From NCBI RefSeq assembly GCF_021028975.2, contig NC_059425.1, positions 38,626,001 through 38,690,000 of the forward strand: a DNA stretch of 64,000 bases, written 5' to 3'. Under the pieces are notes generated by a model, which did no database searches, had not been told where the DNA came from, and saw nothing but the letters and a program-made list of their open reading frames with translations. The position numbers and the translations under genes were made by a program. The DNA is from Sphaerodactylus townsendi. Lineage: Eukaryota. Shown piece by piece: positions 51,104-63,914 of this stretch. The stretch's first letter is position 1. Each line of letters opens with the position of its first letter.

Positions 51104-51973
51104 CCGTATATACTCATGTATAAGTCGAATTTTTCAGCACATTTTTAATGCTGAAAAAGCTCCCCTCGACTTATACACGGGTCATTAATTTTTTTGTGTG
51201 TTTTTACTTTTCCGGCCAGTAGGGGGCGCAGTTTTTATGCTAGAGGCACCAAAATTTCAGGGTACCCTCAGAAGACTCTCCTGATGATACCAGCCAAGTT
51301 TGGTAAAGTTTGGTTCAGGGGGTCCAAAGTTATGGACCCCCCAAAGGAGAATGCCCCATTCCCCATTGTTTTCAATGGGAGCTATTAGTAGATGGGGCTA
51401 ACCTTTTGAGGGTCCATAACTTTGGACCCTCTGAACCAAACTTCACTAAACCTGGCTGGTCCCATCAGGAGAGTCTCTTTATGATACCAGCCAGGTTTGG
51501 TGAAGTTTGGGTCAGGGGATCCCAAAGTTATTGATGACCCCAAAGGGGATGCCCCATCCCCATTGTTTACAATGTAGGAAGCTAATAGTAGATTTTTTCG
51601 TTTGTGATAATATCCCTCTTAAAGACTACATTGGGTTACATTTGGACATACAGATGATGATGGGGAAGCCAGTTTTGAAGGATGTTGACTCCGGTGTTTT
51701 AGCTTGGTTGCTGGTTGAGCTAAGGTTTTTGTACTTTTAAAGTTATTGTTGATACCATATTGTTCTTGTTGACCCTCTTTTCCACTTACAGAGCCAGTTT
51801 ACTGTTTTTCTTTGAAATAAATATTCAAAAACATTTAACCTACTGATGCCTCAGTTGATGCTGCATTTCCCACCCTCGACTTATACGCGAGTCAATAAGT
51901 TTTCCCAGTTTTTTGTGGTAAAATTAGGTGCCTCGACTTGTATGCGGGTCGACTTATACACGAGTATATACGG
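51104..51973. mobile_element. Tc/mariner (Tc2-like TIR) non-autonomous element, copy 3, with a different internal cargo
   Basis: TA|CCGTATATACTC...GAGTATATACGG|TA; subterminal TAAAATTAGGTGCCTC is shared with copy 2. Confidence 0.88.
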
Positions 51974-53064
51974 TATGCTTCTGGTTGCCCACATCAGTTG
52001 ATCACCAATTATCCAATCAGGCTACACAGAACTAAGAACTTTCTCAAATAAGAGGACATCCCCTCCCCCCCCCCGCCCCCCCAGAAATCTGTTCAGCTAT
52101 CTCTCTGAAGAGCCAGTTATAACCACATGAAAATAATGAGGAAAATCTCAGGTCAGCTAATTGGTCTGATGACCTTGGAGAGAAGTACACTGATCTCCAG
52201 TTAACACTACCTGCACTCCAAACCTGCAAACTTGCAAGAGAGAGAAAAGGAGTTTTTAATCAAAGATTCCAGTGTCCAAAATGGATTCTCTCTAAGCATA
52301 GCAAAGAAAATGGTTGCTCTCTTGACAGCAGTATTTTCAGAACAGACAAAAAGCAAGTACTTGTTCATTCAATGTCTAACAAACTTATGAAATTCATTGC
52401 CACAAGATGCGATGGTGGCCATTATTTTTGTGGGCTTTGAAAAGGGATTATACAAATTTGTGGAGGAAAGGTCCATCCATTACTATTAGCCATACTGGCA
52501 AAACGGAACCTTTGAGAATTCCAGGGCTGAAAAGCCACAGCAAGATGGTTTTGGCCTTCATATCCCACATCTCAGGGCATCTAGTTAGCCACTATTTGAA
52601 ATAGGATGCTAGACTATTGTCCTGACACATTAATTACTCTTGTGCCTCTCTCTGGGTAGTCACAAACCATGAGTCAAGTTGGGACCTGCAAGAAACTTGT
52701 GGTGATGGTGTGTCTTATCCCCCTACTTCCTTCCCTCTCCCCCCTTCTCAAACAACCTTCTACCGCCTTTCTCCCCATCCCTTCTCTGACATCTTATGCC
52801 TCTATTTCTATCCCTTCCCTGACAATCTGACCTTCTCTCCATTAATCTCCACCCTCCTTCTGTCAATATTCCCCCATCGCTCTTTCTCCCCCCCATCCTT
52901 TTCAGCTACAATGTCATCAGTAGGGCCCCCAGGAACCACTGTGTCATCAGCAGGGCCTGCAGGAGCTGATGTGTCAGCAGCAGGGTCCCCACCAGCTGCT
53001 GCACTGCTGTGCAGGTAAGTAAACTGCATGCCTAGATAACATTATTGTTATCTTCTCCTACATT

Positions 53065-53220
53065 CCAGCTGGGTGACCTTGGGCTAACCACAATTCTTCG
53101 GAGTTCTCCCAGCCCCACCTACCTCACAAGGTGTGTGGAGAGGAAGGGAAAGAAGTTGGTAAGCCCCTTTGAGTCTCCTTACGGGAGAGAAAGAGGGTAT
53201 AAATCTAAACTCTTCTTTTT
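53065..53220 (+). mobile_element. SINE 3' fragment
   Basis: Same body and tail as the copy at 25160. Confidence 0.75.
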
Positions 53221-53964
53221 GGCCCCCTGTGTGTTTTTTAACGATGATTTTTTCTGCAAATATGAAGTGTTTCCCAAGTATATAGAAAAATTTCCTTTCT
53301 CTGCGTATGAATATGATCTGCAGATTTAAATATCTGCAGTTCTGCTCACACATGAGAAATTGAACTATAAATATGGACATTTATGTGTTACTTATAAAAA
53401 TGTTTGTGATTTTTTAAAAAATGATCTAAACTTTCTTCCAATCCCCTCACTACTGTTCTGCCACTGTAATCGCTTTTATTTAACATGGGGCAAGCACCAG
53501 AATACCTGGATGACTCTTGAATAATAACTATTTCCTCATACGTTTGCTGTACAAATCCTGTAAAATTGGAGGTTTATTTTTTCCTACTGCTTTCATGTGA
53601 TCTGGTAAATTGCCATAGGAAGCTACCACTGTCTTCAGAAAAGATGTGCAAAAGCCAGACCTCTGGTCCATTTATCTGACTGGCTGTGGTTTTCAAATAT
53701 CTTTCTTTGTTCTACAATTAGTGATTCCTCACAGGTAGAAATTATAGGGACTGAATTTGAGATCTACATGCAAATTATAATCTCTATCACTGTATTATGC
53801 ACGTCTCTTGCAGACCACCAAGGCTGAGAACATCTCAATATTCTCAAGTGTGCTCTGAAATCAGTATTAGGCAACTTTAAAAAATCCTACAATACTTTTG
53901 ATTAGTACAGAAATATATGTCTTACATTTATTGGCTAAATAATCATTTTCTATATCTAAAAGTG

Positions 53965-54200
53965 AGAGTCCCCATGATGTAGTTGTTAATGCATTGGACT
54001 AGGACCTGGGAAACCCAGGTTCAAATCTCCACACATTGCCATGGAAGCTTGGGCCAGTTATGCATACACAGGGTAGTATTTGAATGGGAGACCTCCAAGG
54101 AATTCCAAGATCATGACACGGAGACAGGCAACAGCAAACCATTTCCAAGAGCCTTGAAAACTCTATGAGGTCACCATAAGTCAGCTGTGATCTGACTACC
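53965..54200 (+). mobile_element. SINE (tRNA-like head, RTE-like tail), antisense in the PRORSD1 3' UTR
   Basis: CCAGGTTCAAATC B box; tail CCTTGAAAACTCTATGAGGTCACCATAAGTCAGCTGTGA. Confidence 0.65.
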
Positions 54201-54225
54201 AACCTTCCCATATATTAAAGTGGTA

Positions 54226-54663
54226 TCATAATGTTACATCATCAAAATGCACAAGTATAGGCTCATGGCCTGTAGACTTAAGAAATTTTAAGAAGTCATC
54301 TGGATATAGTCCCATGGTTGCTGCATTTGTCATTGGATGAAAATACAGCCTCTCATGACCTCCTTCCAGAAAGGCGGCATCCAACACAAACTTTACATCT
54401 CCCTTATCACAGAAGAGAGCTAAAGGTGTTACACAACCCTGGCCAACTTTCAGTTTATCCAACATGGTTGCTTCATCAGCAAAGCGCAAGTTTCCGCTGC
54501 CAACACCCAGTTTCTTTGCCAGGTTGTTTAAACTGATTTCCCTGTCGTGCAGAACTGTCACCAACCATAACTGCTTTTTCTTCTTGTCTTTAAGGAAAAG
54601 GTTTTTGCTCACTGCTCCTTTCAAATGCTGCACGTGGGGCATCATCTCTTCAACTGTGAATAC
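54226..54663 (-). CDS. PRORSD1: PRORSD1 (ProXp-ala / YbaK-family aminoacyl-tRNA deacylase), coding exon 2
   Basis: Acceptor TTTTCTAG|GTA. Peptide VFTVEEMMPHVQHLKGAVSKNLFLKDKKK...GQGCVTPLAL...FHPMTNAAT retains the conserved Lys and the GxxxP loop. Tail-to-tail synteny with CCDC88A. Confidence 0.95.
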   Translation of the reverse strand, partial: VFTVEEMMPHVQHLKGAVSKNLFLKDKKKKQLWLVTVLHDREISLNNLAKKLGVGSGNLRFADEATMLDKLKVGQGCVTPLALFCDKGDVKFVLDAAFLEGGHERLYFHPMTNAATMGLYPDDFLKFLKSTGHEPILVHFDDVTL

Positions 54664-56499
54664 CTAGAAAACAATTGAAGCAATATGACTCTCCCTTACA
54701 TACTTTCCCAGTTGAGGCTTTTTAAATAATTAAAGCTTTCCATACAGCAGCACTTTCTTTTGGAAACCCCACGGTTGCTGCAGCTGTCCTTGTAGTGTAG
54801 CAGCAACAGGGCTTCAATAGTAAATTTCCTCACATTTTCTTAGTTGCCACAGTGGTAATTCCTTCTGAGCCACCAAGGAGTTTTTTTAATCCTTTTTGTC
54901 ACTGGTAATGGACATAGCAATATAACAACAGAAAAGCATACATTGGGAATTTTTTTTTTAAAAAAAGCCTTAGTTCCACCCCCCTCCGGTAGGAATGCCC
55001 ACTGTGGGAGCAAGGAAAATGGCCAGAAAGAACGCTGGAGTAGGGTGACAGAAACATAAGAGAATAGAGTCTTGGGTAGGAAGAGAGAAAGAGGTTGAAT
55101 AAGTGGGCAGACAGAGAGCGGGGGTAGGAGGGCAGAGAAAGAGAGAACTGAGCAGAGAAAGAGAGAACTGGAATAGCATGGCAGAATGTTAAAAACAGAG
55201 CTAGGTTAGTGGGACAGAAAAGAGAGATCTGGGATAGGGGACCAGAGAGTTGGGGTAGTGGGGGGAAAATAGTGAAAATTAAGAGGGGGTGCCAGGATGG
55301 AGAGTGAGAAGAAGGGAGAGAACAGAAGAGGAAAGGTGGGAGTAATGTCCTCTTGAGTTCCTACTTGCAGGTTCCCACTTGCTAGAGCCCATTGTATTTT
55401 TTCACACAGCACGCTCCCCATCTTTACAAGCATAATTTTGGCTCCACCTCCTTTGCAAAGCCGAGATCCAGCTTTGTAAATTGGTGGGGGAGTTGTCTAT
55501 GGAGACGGGAAAAACCTTTCCAATCTTCACAGGCACACTCCTGGCTCTCACCCCTGCCTTTGCAAAGCCAGAATCCAGGTTTGCAAATGGGGAGGGGGGG
55601 TGAACACTATGGAAATGAGGAGAACACTCCCCATTTTTGCAGGCACCCTGCTGCCCCTCCTTGGAAAAGTTGGGATGTTTTGGGGGGCCTCAATTTCAGT
55701 GTTTGAGATATGCCCCACCACATCTCTTGCCTTGGAAATATTAGTTTTCTACAACCTGTTGGGGAGGGAGGCGGAGTCCGATGCCATCTAATATTTATAT
55801 GGTTCCTGATTTAATACTGGGGTATTGTGTTGTTTTTTACTGTGTTTTAATGTTATGTTTTTACTGTGGTTGGTCACCGCCCTGAGCCCTTTGGGGAAAG
55901 GCGGTCTATACATTTAATAAAATAAAATATTTTTTCACACAAGAGACTTTATTGCTAGTCTTAGATATTTTAAAAATTATGACATCTTAAATATTGTGAT
56001 GCTACTTAATATGCTACCACTAACATGCTTAACATGCTACCATTATCGTTTGCTATTGTTTCCTAAGAATTTTCTACTTTATTACCTGTGGTAAAGGGCT
56101 TCACATATTAACTGCTACCTGTATGTTTTGATAGTCGCTTCAAATCTACTTAGCCCACTGCATTTGACTGCTATTTAAGAAAAGACGGTGGAATTAAAAC
56201 TTCAGACAGAACGTACCAGTGTCAATTCCTTATTCTGCTGAATAATGGGATTTACTTTCCATCCTTGTTACAATTTCCTGCCACTGGGTGGCTTCCAGCT
56301 CAGATGGGCACTGGAAATACCTAACTTCAAGTCTAATTACTTCTCCCCACTGAAATACTAGTAAAGGTGCTCTGACAGAATCAGAGGTTTAGAAAACATG
56401 TAAAGATCATCCAGTGTAACCTCTGCAAAGAAAGGAGACAAAAAAGTGTAATGCTTTTCTTGGGTGTACAAAGGGCTCCAGGAGAGTTGCTGCCACTAA

Positions 56500-56628
56500 G
56501 GCCCCTTCCGCACATACAGAACAATGCACTTTGCAGCTGGATTTTACTATGTGGAATAGCAAAATCCACTTGCAAACAATTGTGAAAGTGGATTGAAAGT
56601 GCATTATTCTGCATGAGCAGAAGGGGCC
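56500..56628. mobile_element. Short PIF/Harbinger MITE in the PRORSD1 intron
   Basis: TAA|GGCCCCTTCCGCACAT...ATGAGCAGAAGGGGCC|TCA. Confidence 0.75.
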
Positions 56629-57219
56629 TCAGAGGAGTCCGTGATGGATGAATGAGACAATTTAATTCCTTACGTTCATAGAGCACTTTCAGTTATTTTG
56701 ATGATTCCATACACCCACAGGCAAATCTAATCCCTCCCTGGGTTTGCCCTGGACATGCTTTGAATTTTACGGTTTTAAGGTTTAAGATTACCAGTTACTA
56801 TGTAACCACCGCCATCATAATAGATAATTAACAAAAGCTACCTAGGGGGTACAAGGCAAACAGAAACCAATCTTACTTTTCCTCTTACTGTGGGGGAGTT
56901 TCCCTACTGAGTTCCTACCTGTACCTGTTAAAAACTGCAAAACCTAACAAGGGTTGGGAAGGAGGCAAATTGCTTCAAGCAAGCCATGAAAATTGGTCCA
57001 AAAGTAGCTTCTCCCCATTTCTGAGCAATCAAAACCAGTTGAGAGAAAAGAGAAGGGCTTCCTGTTAGAAGGCAACTTTTTGCAGCAGCAGCTTCCACTC
57101 AGAAACAGTGTCCACAGCTGTTGGCAACAGGAAATGCCTGAAGGATGGGCGATCTGAACTTTTTGCAGTTCCCTTCATCTCTTTGCTGCCGCGGTAGCAG
57201 CAACGCTCCACTCACTCAC

Positions 57220-57312
57220 TTCTGGATGCTCCACGCAGAGCGCTTCAATGCCCAAGCCACAGAGATGTTGGTCTAGCGCCTCTCGAAGTGCTGGCTGTTG
57301 CTGCTCAGTCAT
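57220..57312 (-). CDS. PRORSD1: PRORSD1 coding exon 1 (MTEQQQPALREALDQHLCGLGIEALCVEHPE)
   Basis: CCAGCCATG Kozak context; GAA|GTGAGT donor in phase 0 recreates VEHPE-VFTVEE; in-frame upstream stop. Confidence 0.88.
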
Positions 57313-58239
57313 GGCTGGTGACAGTATTCTCCTCTGCTTTGTGCAGGCCTTCTGAGCTGGGGCTTCTTGATTAACCCAGGACTCCTGCAGGGGCGGGTCC
57401 TGCTGGTAAAGTGATCAAACTGCCAAAAAAAGAACAGGGATACCTCTTTCAGTTTTAAGCACTGTATGAGGAAAATCACATAGTGCCATTATTCTTACAG
57501 GCCGAGCCTAATTGTTTGGAAGGAAATACCATTCATTTCAATAGAACTTCCTCCCCTATAAACATACAGAGAAATGCAGCTCTGAATTGTTTTATTTAAT
57601 AAGCAGAACAGGCAGGTGAGAGAATAACTGTCTGACTGAGACTCTGAGGCGGCCTAAGTGCTGTCAAGTTTAAGAGGCTTGTAAGCCTCCCCTCCCTTCC
57701 TGGTACCAGAGATCTCTCTGAAAATACCAGGGATTGAACCTGGGACCTTCTGCCTGCAAAGCTCCTACTAAACCACCAAGCCTTTCCCTATAGTTAGAAT
57801 GTATATTGTACTGTAAAGGGCTTTGCACGCATTATCTCAATAATCTTTACAAAAGGCCTGTAAACTAGAGCAGTATTCTTCAGTTGCATTTATATTTCAC
57901 CTTCCAGCAGCTCTGGAAAGCATATGTGATCTACCAGTTCTTAGCCTCACAGCGACCTTATAAAGGCAGGATAGGCTAAGAGGGACTAGACCAGGGTCAC
58001 GTAGCAAACCACCTAAGCAGAGTGGGCAAGTCTCCGTGATCCTGGCCTGCCTGTCTAACCCACTACTTCACAATTCCATAATGCAGATGGGTGGCTGAAG
58101 CTAAGAAAAAAAAGTTAAAGGACTTCTATATTCAATCTGAGACCTGCAATATGCCAGGTTTCTTAATCTAGGAGCAATGTTTTTATTTACTTTTATATCC
58201 TGCTTTCCTCCCTAATCAGAACCCAAAGCAGCTTATCAT

Positions 58240-59745
58240 CATTATTATTATTTATTCAATTTCTATACCGCCCGATCCCCAAAGGGCTCCGGGCGGTGAA
58301 CAACATAATATATAAACAATAAGCAGGAGCAAATCCGGTACAATACAAACATAGGCTCCGTCAGTAAAACATCTTAAAATACATAAAAACAGCGGCTAAC
58401 AATTAGCAAATTAAACAAGAGGCGTCCAGGCTCAATTTAAAAACCCACCCCAAGAAGGGGGGGACAGCAGGGCCCTCAATATGAGGAGCTGTGTTGTACC
58501 AGTGCCAAAGCAGGAGCAGTGGGGAGGCATCATATCAGCGGCTGGACACTCCAAAGGCCCGGTGGAACAACACAGTCTTACAGGCCCTGCGGAACTCACC
58601 AAGGTCCCGCAGGGCCCGGACAGTTGGTGGGAGGGTGTTCCACCAGTCCGGGGCCAGCGCTGTGAAAGTCCTGGCCCGTGTGGAGGCCAGCCACATCATT
58701 GAGGGGCCGGGGACCACCAGCAAATTGGTCTCTGCTGAACGCAGAGGCCGAGTAGGGACATATGGGGAGTGATCACGGTCCCGAAAGTCTGAGGGTCCCA
58801 GACCAGCGTAATGCCTTAAAGGTCAGAATCCACAACTTGAAGATGATTAGAATTCAAGCAGGAGCCAATGCAGCTGGCGCCAACACAGGCTGGATATGCT
58901 CTCTAGAAGGAGCCTCCTGTGAGCGAAGTAGCTGCAGCTGCATTGGGCCAGCTTTCGTTTTCGAATGCAAAGCGCATGGGGAAGGCCGGCGTGAAGCGAG
59001 TTACAATAGTCTAGCCTGGAGATTTGACCGTTGCATGGATCCCTCGGTGGCTAGGTCCACGTTTAGAGGAGAGGAAGGGGCCAACCGCCCGAGGCCTGTA
59101 GCGAAGATGGAAAAGCGCAGTCCGGGTTGTATGGGGCCACCTGGGTCTCCACTGAAAGAGGCGAGAATCAGGTGGACCCCCCAGACTCTTGGCCGGAGGA
59201 GGCCGGCCAATGAGGCCCCCTCCCACACCGGTGATTTGGAAATCCCGAGCCTACTCTCTGCACGGCCTAGCCATAGGATCTCCGTCTTCGATGGATTCAG
59301 TTTCCAGCCTGCTCTGCTGCAGCCAACCAGCTACGCCTCCAAACCAATGCTGTAGAGCCGTAGAATTGCTACTGCTTCCCCCCTCCATCAACAGAATGAG
59401 ATGAGTGTCATCGGCATATTGATGACAGATCAGCCCAAAACTCCGTACCAGCTGAGCAAGTGGTCGCATATAGATGTTAAATAATAGCGGGGATAGTAGT
59501 GCCCCCTGGGGTACTCCGCAATAAAGCGGGCACTTCCGAGAGGCTTCATCCCCACACCACACTTGCTGGCTCCGGAGAAACGAGGCAATCCACTGAAGGA
59601 CAGTGCCCCGTACCCCGGACACGGCCAGGTGGTGGGTCAAAAGGTCGTGATCGACCATATCAAATGCTGCGGTAAGATCTAACAAAACCAGCAGCGCCGA
59701 TCCGCCTCAGTCAAGCTGCATACGGAGTGTATCTGTGATGGCGAC
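58240..59745 (-). mobile_element. 5'-truncated L2-clade LINE inserted into a SINE
   Basis: Peptides LDLTAAFDMVDH, GVPQGALLSPLLFNIY, YADDTHL and EFRRACKTVLF, with a (TAA)n tail. SINE halves lie at 58180-58238 and 59745-59925. Confidence 0.9.
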
Positions 59746-59939
59746 AATCATGTCGTTCTCCCTGCCTCTATGTCCTCAGAACAACGACCTTGTGAGGTAG
59801 ATTATGCTAAGAGGTTGTGATGGACCCAAAATCACCCAGTGAGTTTCTGTGTCAGAGTGAAGATTCACAGCTGGTAGTCCCAGGTCCAAGTCTGACTTGC
59901 TAACCACTATGCAACACTGGCTCAATAGTTTCATTTGCT

Positions 59940-60930
59940 CAGGGGCGTAACGAGGCAAACTGTAGCCTTGGGCAAAACCTGAGTTGGATGCCCCCCACCC
60001 CCCATGAGCGGCCACTCCACCATGACCAATTTTTTTTTCATTAGGACATTGATGCATGCAGGGGGTGCATTTTTAGACATATCAGCACCAAAATTTCAGC
60101 ATATCATCAGGAGACTGTCCTTATGTTACCCCTCATGTTTGGTGAGGTTTGGTTCAAGGAGTCCAAAGTTATGGACTCCCAAAGGGGGCGCCCCATCTCC
60201 CATTGTTTCCAATGGGAGCTAATAGGAGATGGGGGCTACAGTTCTGAGGGTCCATAACTTAGCACTCCTTTACAAAGAATGGGGGATGGGGTCCATAACT
60301 TTGGACCCCCTAAACCAAACTGCACCAAACTTGGGGGATCCCATAAGGACAGTTTCCAGATGATGCCCTGAAATTTTGGTGCCGATACATCCAAAAATGC
60401 GCCCCCTGCAGGAACATTCCAGAAATTTGCCCAAGAATCTTTGTTCTGCATTAAGTTTTCTGTATTGCTGTCAATGGGGGTTGCAGGCTCGGGGGGGCAC
60501 ATTTCTGAAGGCACACTCTCAAAACTTTCAGGGTCTCATCAGGAGACTGCCCTGATGTTACCCCCCAGGTTTGGTGCAGTTTGGTTCAGGGGGGCCAAAG
60601 TTATGGACCCTCAAAACTGTAGCCCCCATCTCCTATTAGCTCCCATTGGAAACAATGGGGGATGGGGCGCCCCCTTTGGGAGTCCATAACTTTGGACTCC
60701 TTGAACCAAACCTCACCAAACTTGGGGGGTAGCATAAGGACAGTCTCCTGATGATATGCTGAAATTTTGGTGCTGATATGTCGGTGCTGCTAGCCTAAAA
60801 ACTGCTCCCCTGCAGGCCAAAAATGGAAAACCACTAAAAATACCCAAAAATGAACCCTGCATTTTGATGCCCCCCACAAGGTGGTGCCCTGGGCAGCTGC
60901 CCACCTTGCCCAATGGGCATTATGCCCCTG
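59940..60930. mobile_element. hAT non-autonomous element with a large internal inverted repeat
   Basis: TIRs CAGGGGCGTAA / TTATGCCCCTG with an exact 8-bp TSD CATTTGCT (59932-59939 and 60931-60938). Confidence 0.9.
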
Positions 60931-62904
60931 CATTTGCTGCTTTCAAATAAATAAAGCCAGAGTAGGCACAGATTCCACCACTGGAGAAGGGATGTGGCTG
61001 TTAACTGACAATAGCTAAAGCAAACTAGCAGGTGAAGTTTTGCATGGAATACAAAGAGGCATTTTAATCATTTGTCTTGCAAAAAAAAAAGTTACCATCC
61101 CAGACATGCCTATGGTAGTCATTTGGAATTCTCACATGACATGGTGGGCACAGATACAAGATTGATACCACAAAAAAGCTGCCGCAAGAGGCATAACGAA
61201 GATCCTTGTGCTGTGGTAGCTGCTGCTGCCAAAGCAAAATTAAAAAAAATCTATGCTGCCAACCAAATCTCCAGTGACCAGTCAGAAACCTTCTGGGCAA
61301 AAGACTCACCTTGTCCCATCCACTTTTCTGAAGACATTGAGGCAAGAACCAGAAAAGATGCAGCAGGTGCCATTGTGCCCACAGGCACTATGTTAGGGAC
61401 CCTTGTCTTATACCGACTCATGGACATTCTAGGAAATGTTCAGTTCTTTCATACCATATCTGAAGTTAACAGTGTTAAGCCCGCTGGTCTTTTAAGAGAC
61501 TATCATTAACTAAGAGACTATCGTTAACTAACACATTCCCTCACTTTTGTTTTCTCCTTCACTCTGTCGACGTTTGCCAGGAGAAAATCCTTCCCAGAGG
61601 TATCAAGTGACTGTTTACAGGCTTGTTTTAAATGTCTCCAGATTAGTCTTTACAACAGAGAAGCAAGAGGTTGTAAAATGTTGGCAACTGTGTGGAAGAA
61701 GCGCAATCCTGTGTCCTCTAAGAAAAAAAACCAGGCTCTTTTAATGCCTTATTAACAAGTTTAAGATCGTTGCTTGGCTTACTAGAAAATTCAGAAAGCA
61801 CCATTGTAAACATATGTAATTTATTTTATAGCATACAATATAGGCCCCACGGGCTGGTTCAAGGCAGTAATTTTCCCTTTTAAGAAGTCTTTGTGATGGA
61901 TATAATAGTAATTAATTCCCATCCTTTACATAAATTGATTAGAGCTAAATTGATGTTCCCTTTTATTCAAGCCTAAAACAAGGGTGCAATTCAGTGGCCA
62001 ATTTTTCAGCACAAGTCTCACTGAAACGAATGTGCGCTCTTCAAGTCTGAGTGTAATGTTGGGAAGGGTTCACTAAGCAATTAAAGAACAAACTGTTCTA
62101 ATGCAAAGAAATCAATGCAAGTTGAATACATTAGCATTACATTTTAAGAGGAAATGGGCATTAAACTGCATGGTCTTAATTGTGCATTCACAGATTTTGC
62201 ATTAGGTGACCTAGAGTATGACATGCATTGAATTTCCTTTCAACTGCTTAATGATAACAGCTGCTCCTGGCGGACAAAGCATTTGATTTAATCTGTGCAA
62301 TCCACCAACTCAAGTGAGATGTAATACTGAGCTACTTCTGTTTAGATAAAGTTATTAAAATATGAAAAAAATGTAAGATAATCTTTTAAGCAGGGGCAGC
62401 CTTAGTGGTTTTGGAGCAAATGTGCAGAATGAGCCCCCAAAATCAGCCAGTACAACTATATTTATGACATGCAGACAATAAACAGATCCAAGGCAGTTAT
62501 TTAATGATCTCCTTGTGTCTGATGTATATCAGCCAACTCTTAAACATTAGTATTGATTCCAAGTTGCAGAGTACCACTTTTTAAGCACTTGGAAAAGAAA
62601 ACTATGGTCTGGGATATTATCCCAGGGTGGAATGATCAGCATAAAACAACTCTCTTCCATTGCCTGTCAAAAGCCACTGCAAGTGAGGACAAGGGGCATC
62701 CTAAAATCCTGAATCCCTCCACTGCCCAACTCCTAATATCTGCCAAGATCTGTAGATCGACCCCCATTAACTATTGCAGCACTATGGGTTTATATACCCC
62801 CCTTTTCTATTCATGAATAATCAGTTTTTTTCCCAACACTCAAATTTGTTGTTTCATATTAAAATAATGTGAGTGGAACCTCAAAATAAATGTGTTACTT
62901 TATA

Positions 62905-63035
62905 ATATGAAGAAGAAGAAGAATTGGATTAATACCTCAGATGTGGTATGTAAGGAGACTCAAAGGGACTTAAAATCCCCCCCCCCCACAACAAACACCC
63001 TGTGAGGTGGGTGGGGCTGAGAGAGCTCCGTAGAG
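62905..63035 (-). mobile_element. SINE 3' fragment
   Basis: (GAA)n on the + strand plus the shared SINE body. Confidence 0.7.
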
Positions 63036-63549
63036 CCCATGAGTCAGCAACCTTTAACACCCGAAGAGCCATTTGGACCCGTTTTCCATGGAAAAGAAAA
63101 CACTTGGAGCCGCAAATACTTTTTGACATTTAAAATGAAGATAACACTGTATATATTGTTTTTTTACCTTTATGCTTTGTATAAACAATTATAGTGTGTT
63201 GCTTATGAAATCCATGAAGTGCTATAGAGAAAATTATATTTTATTGATGTAAAGAACATATTTTTAACATTTTGAATTCTTAAAAAATAATAACAAAAAA
63301 ACACGCCGAGTTGAAGGTCTCTTTCAAATGAATTAAAAAGCCGACTGCTGTGCTAGGTTAAGAAATACAGTCCATCTTGCCAACAGCAGCCACCTCTGCT
63401 CCAGAAACATGCAAGCAGCAACCGCTGTTCGCCCTCAAATGAAGCAGTTCTTTTTTTTATAAAGGTGTGCGGGAAAAGGGTGGAGCCTCGTGAACATGTG
63501 CAATGGGGTGGCAACTGGGAGGAGAGGAGGTGAAATGAAACCCAACACC

Positions 63550-63914
63550 CAGTAGTGGGATCCAAAAATTTTAGTTACAGGTTCCCATGGTGGTGAGATT
63601 CAAACTGTGGCGTAGCGCCAGTGGGGCTGGGCGGGACACGACGGGGGCATGGCCGGGCATTCCAGGGGTGGGGCTGTGACAAGGACGCAGCCACTGCGCC
63701 GGTCCTTGAGTGGGAAATGAATGCACGCAGGTGCAGGCTGCCACGCCCGCCGGTGCACCTCCTGCTAGACTACTTCAAGTTCTGCGAACTACTGCTGAGA
63801 GGAGGGCAAAAATAATGTGGCAAAATCACCAGTTAGTAACCCCCTCTCGGCACACACAAATAATTAGTAACCTACTCTCAGGAACCTGTGAGAACCTGCT
63901 GGATCCCACCTCTG
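63550..63914. mobile_element. hAT MITE
   Basis: TIRs CAGTAGTGGGATCCA / TGGATCCCACCTCTG with an exact 8-bp TSD CCAACACC. Confidence 0.88.

Noticed and set aside
55030-55345. Purine-rich tract in the PRORSD1 intron
   Set aside because: Low-complexity interior of a probable old DNA transposon; no specific function can be supported.
58762-59355. 197-aa + strand ORF
   Set aside because: Antisense to an L2 reverse-transcriptase remnant.
61072-61744. 145-aa and 65-aa + strand ORFs as a possible start of MTIF2 (the expected syntenic neighbour)
   Set aside because: Only scattered short resemblance, non-ATG starts, intervening stops and no consistent splice structure.
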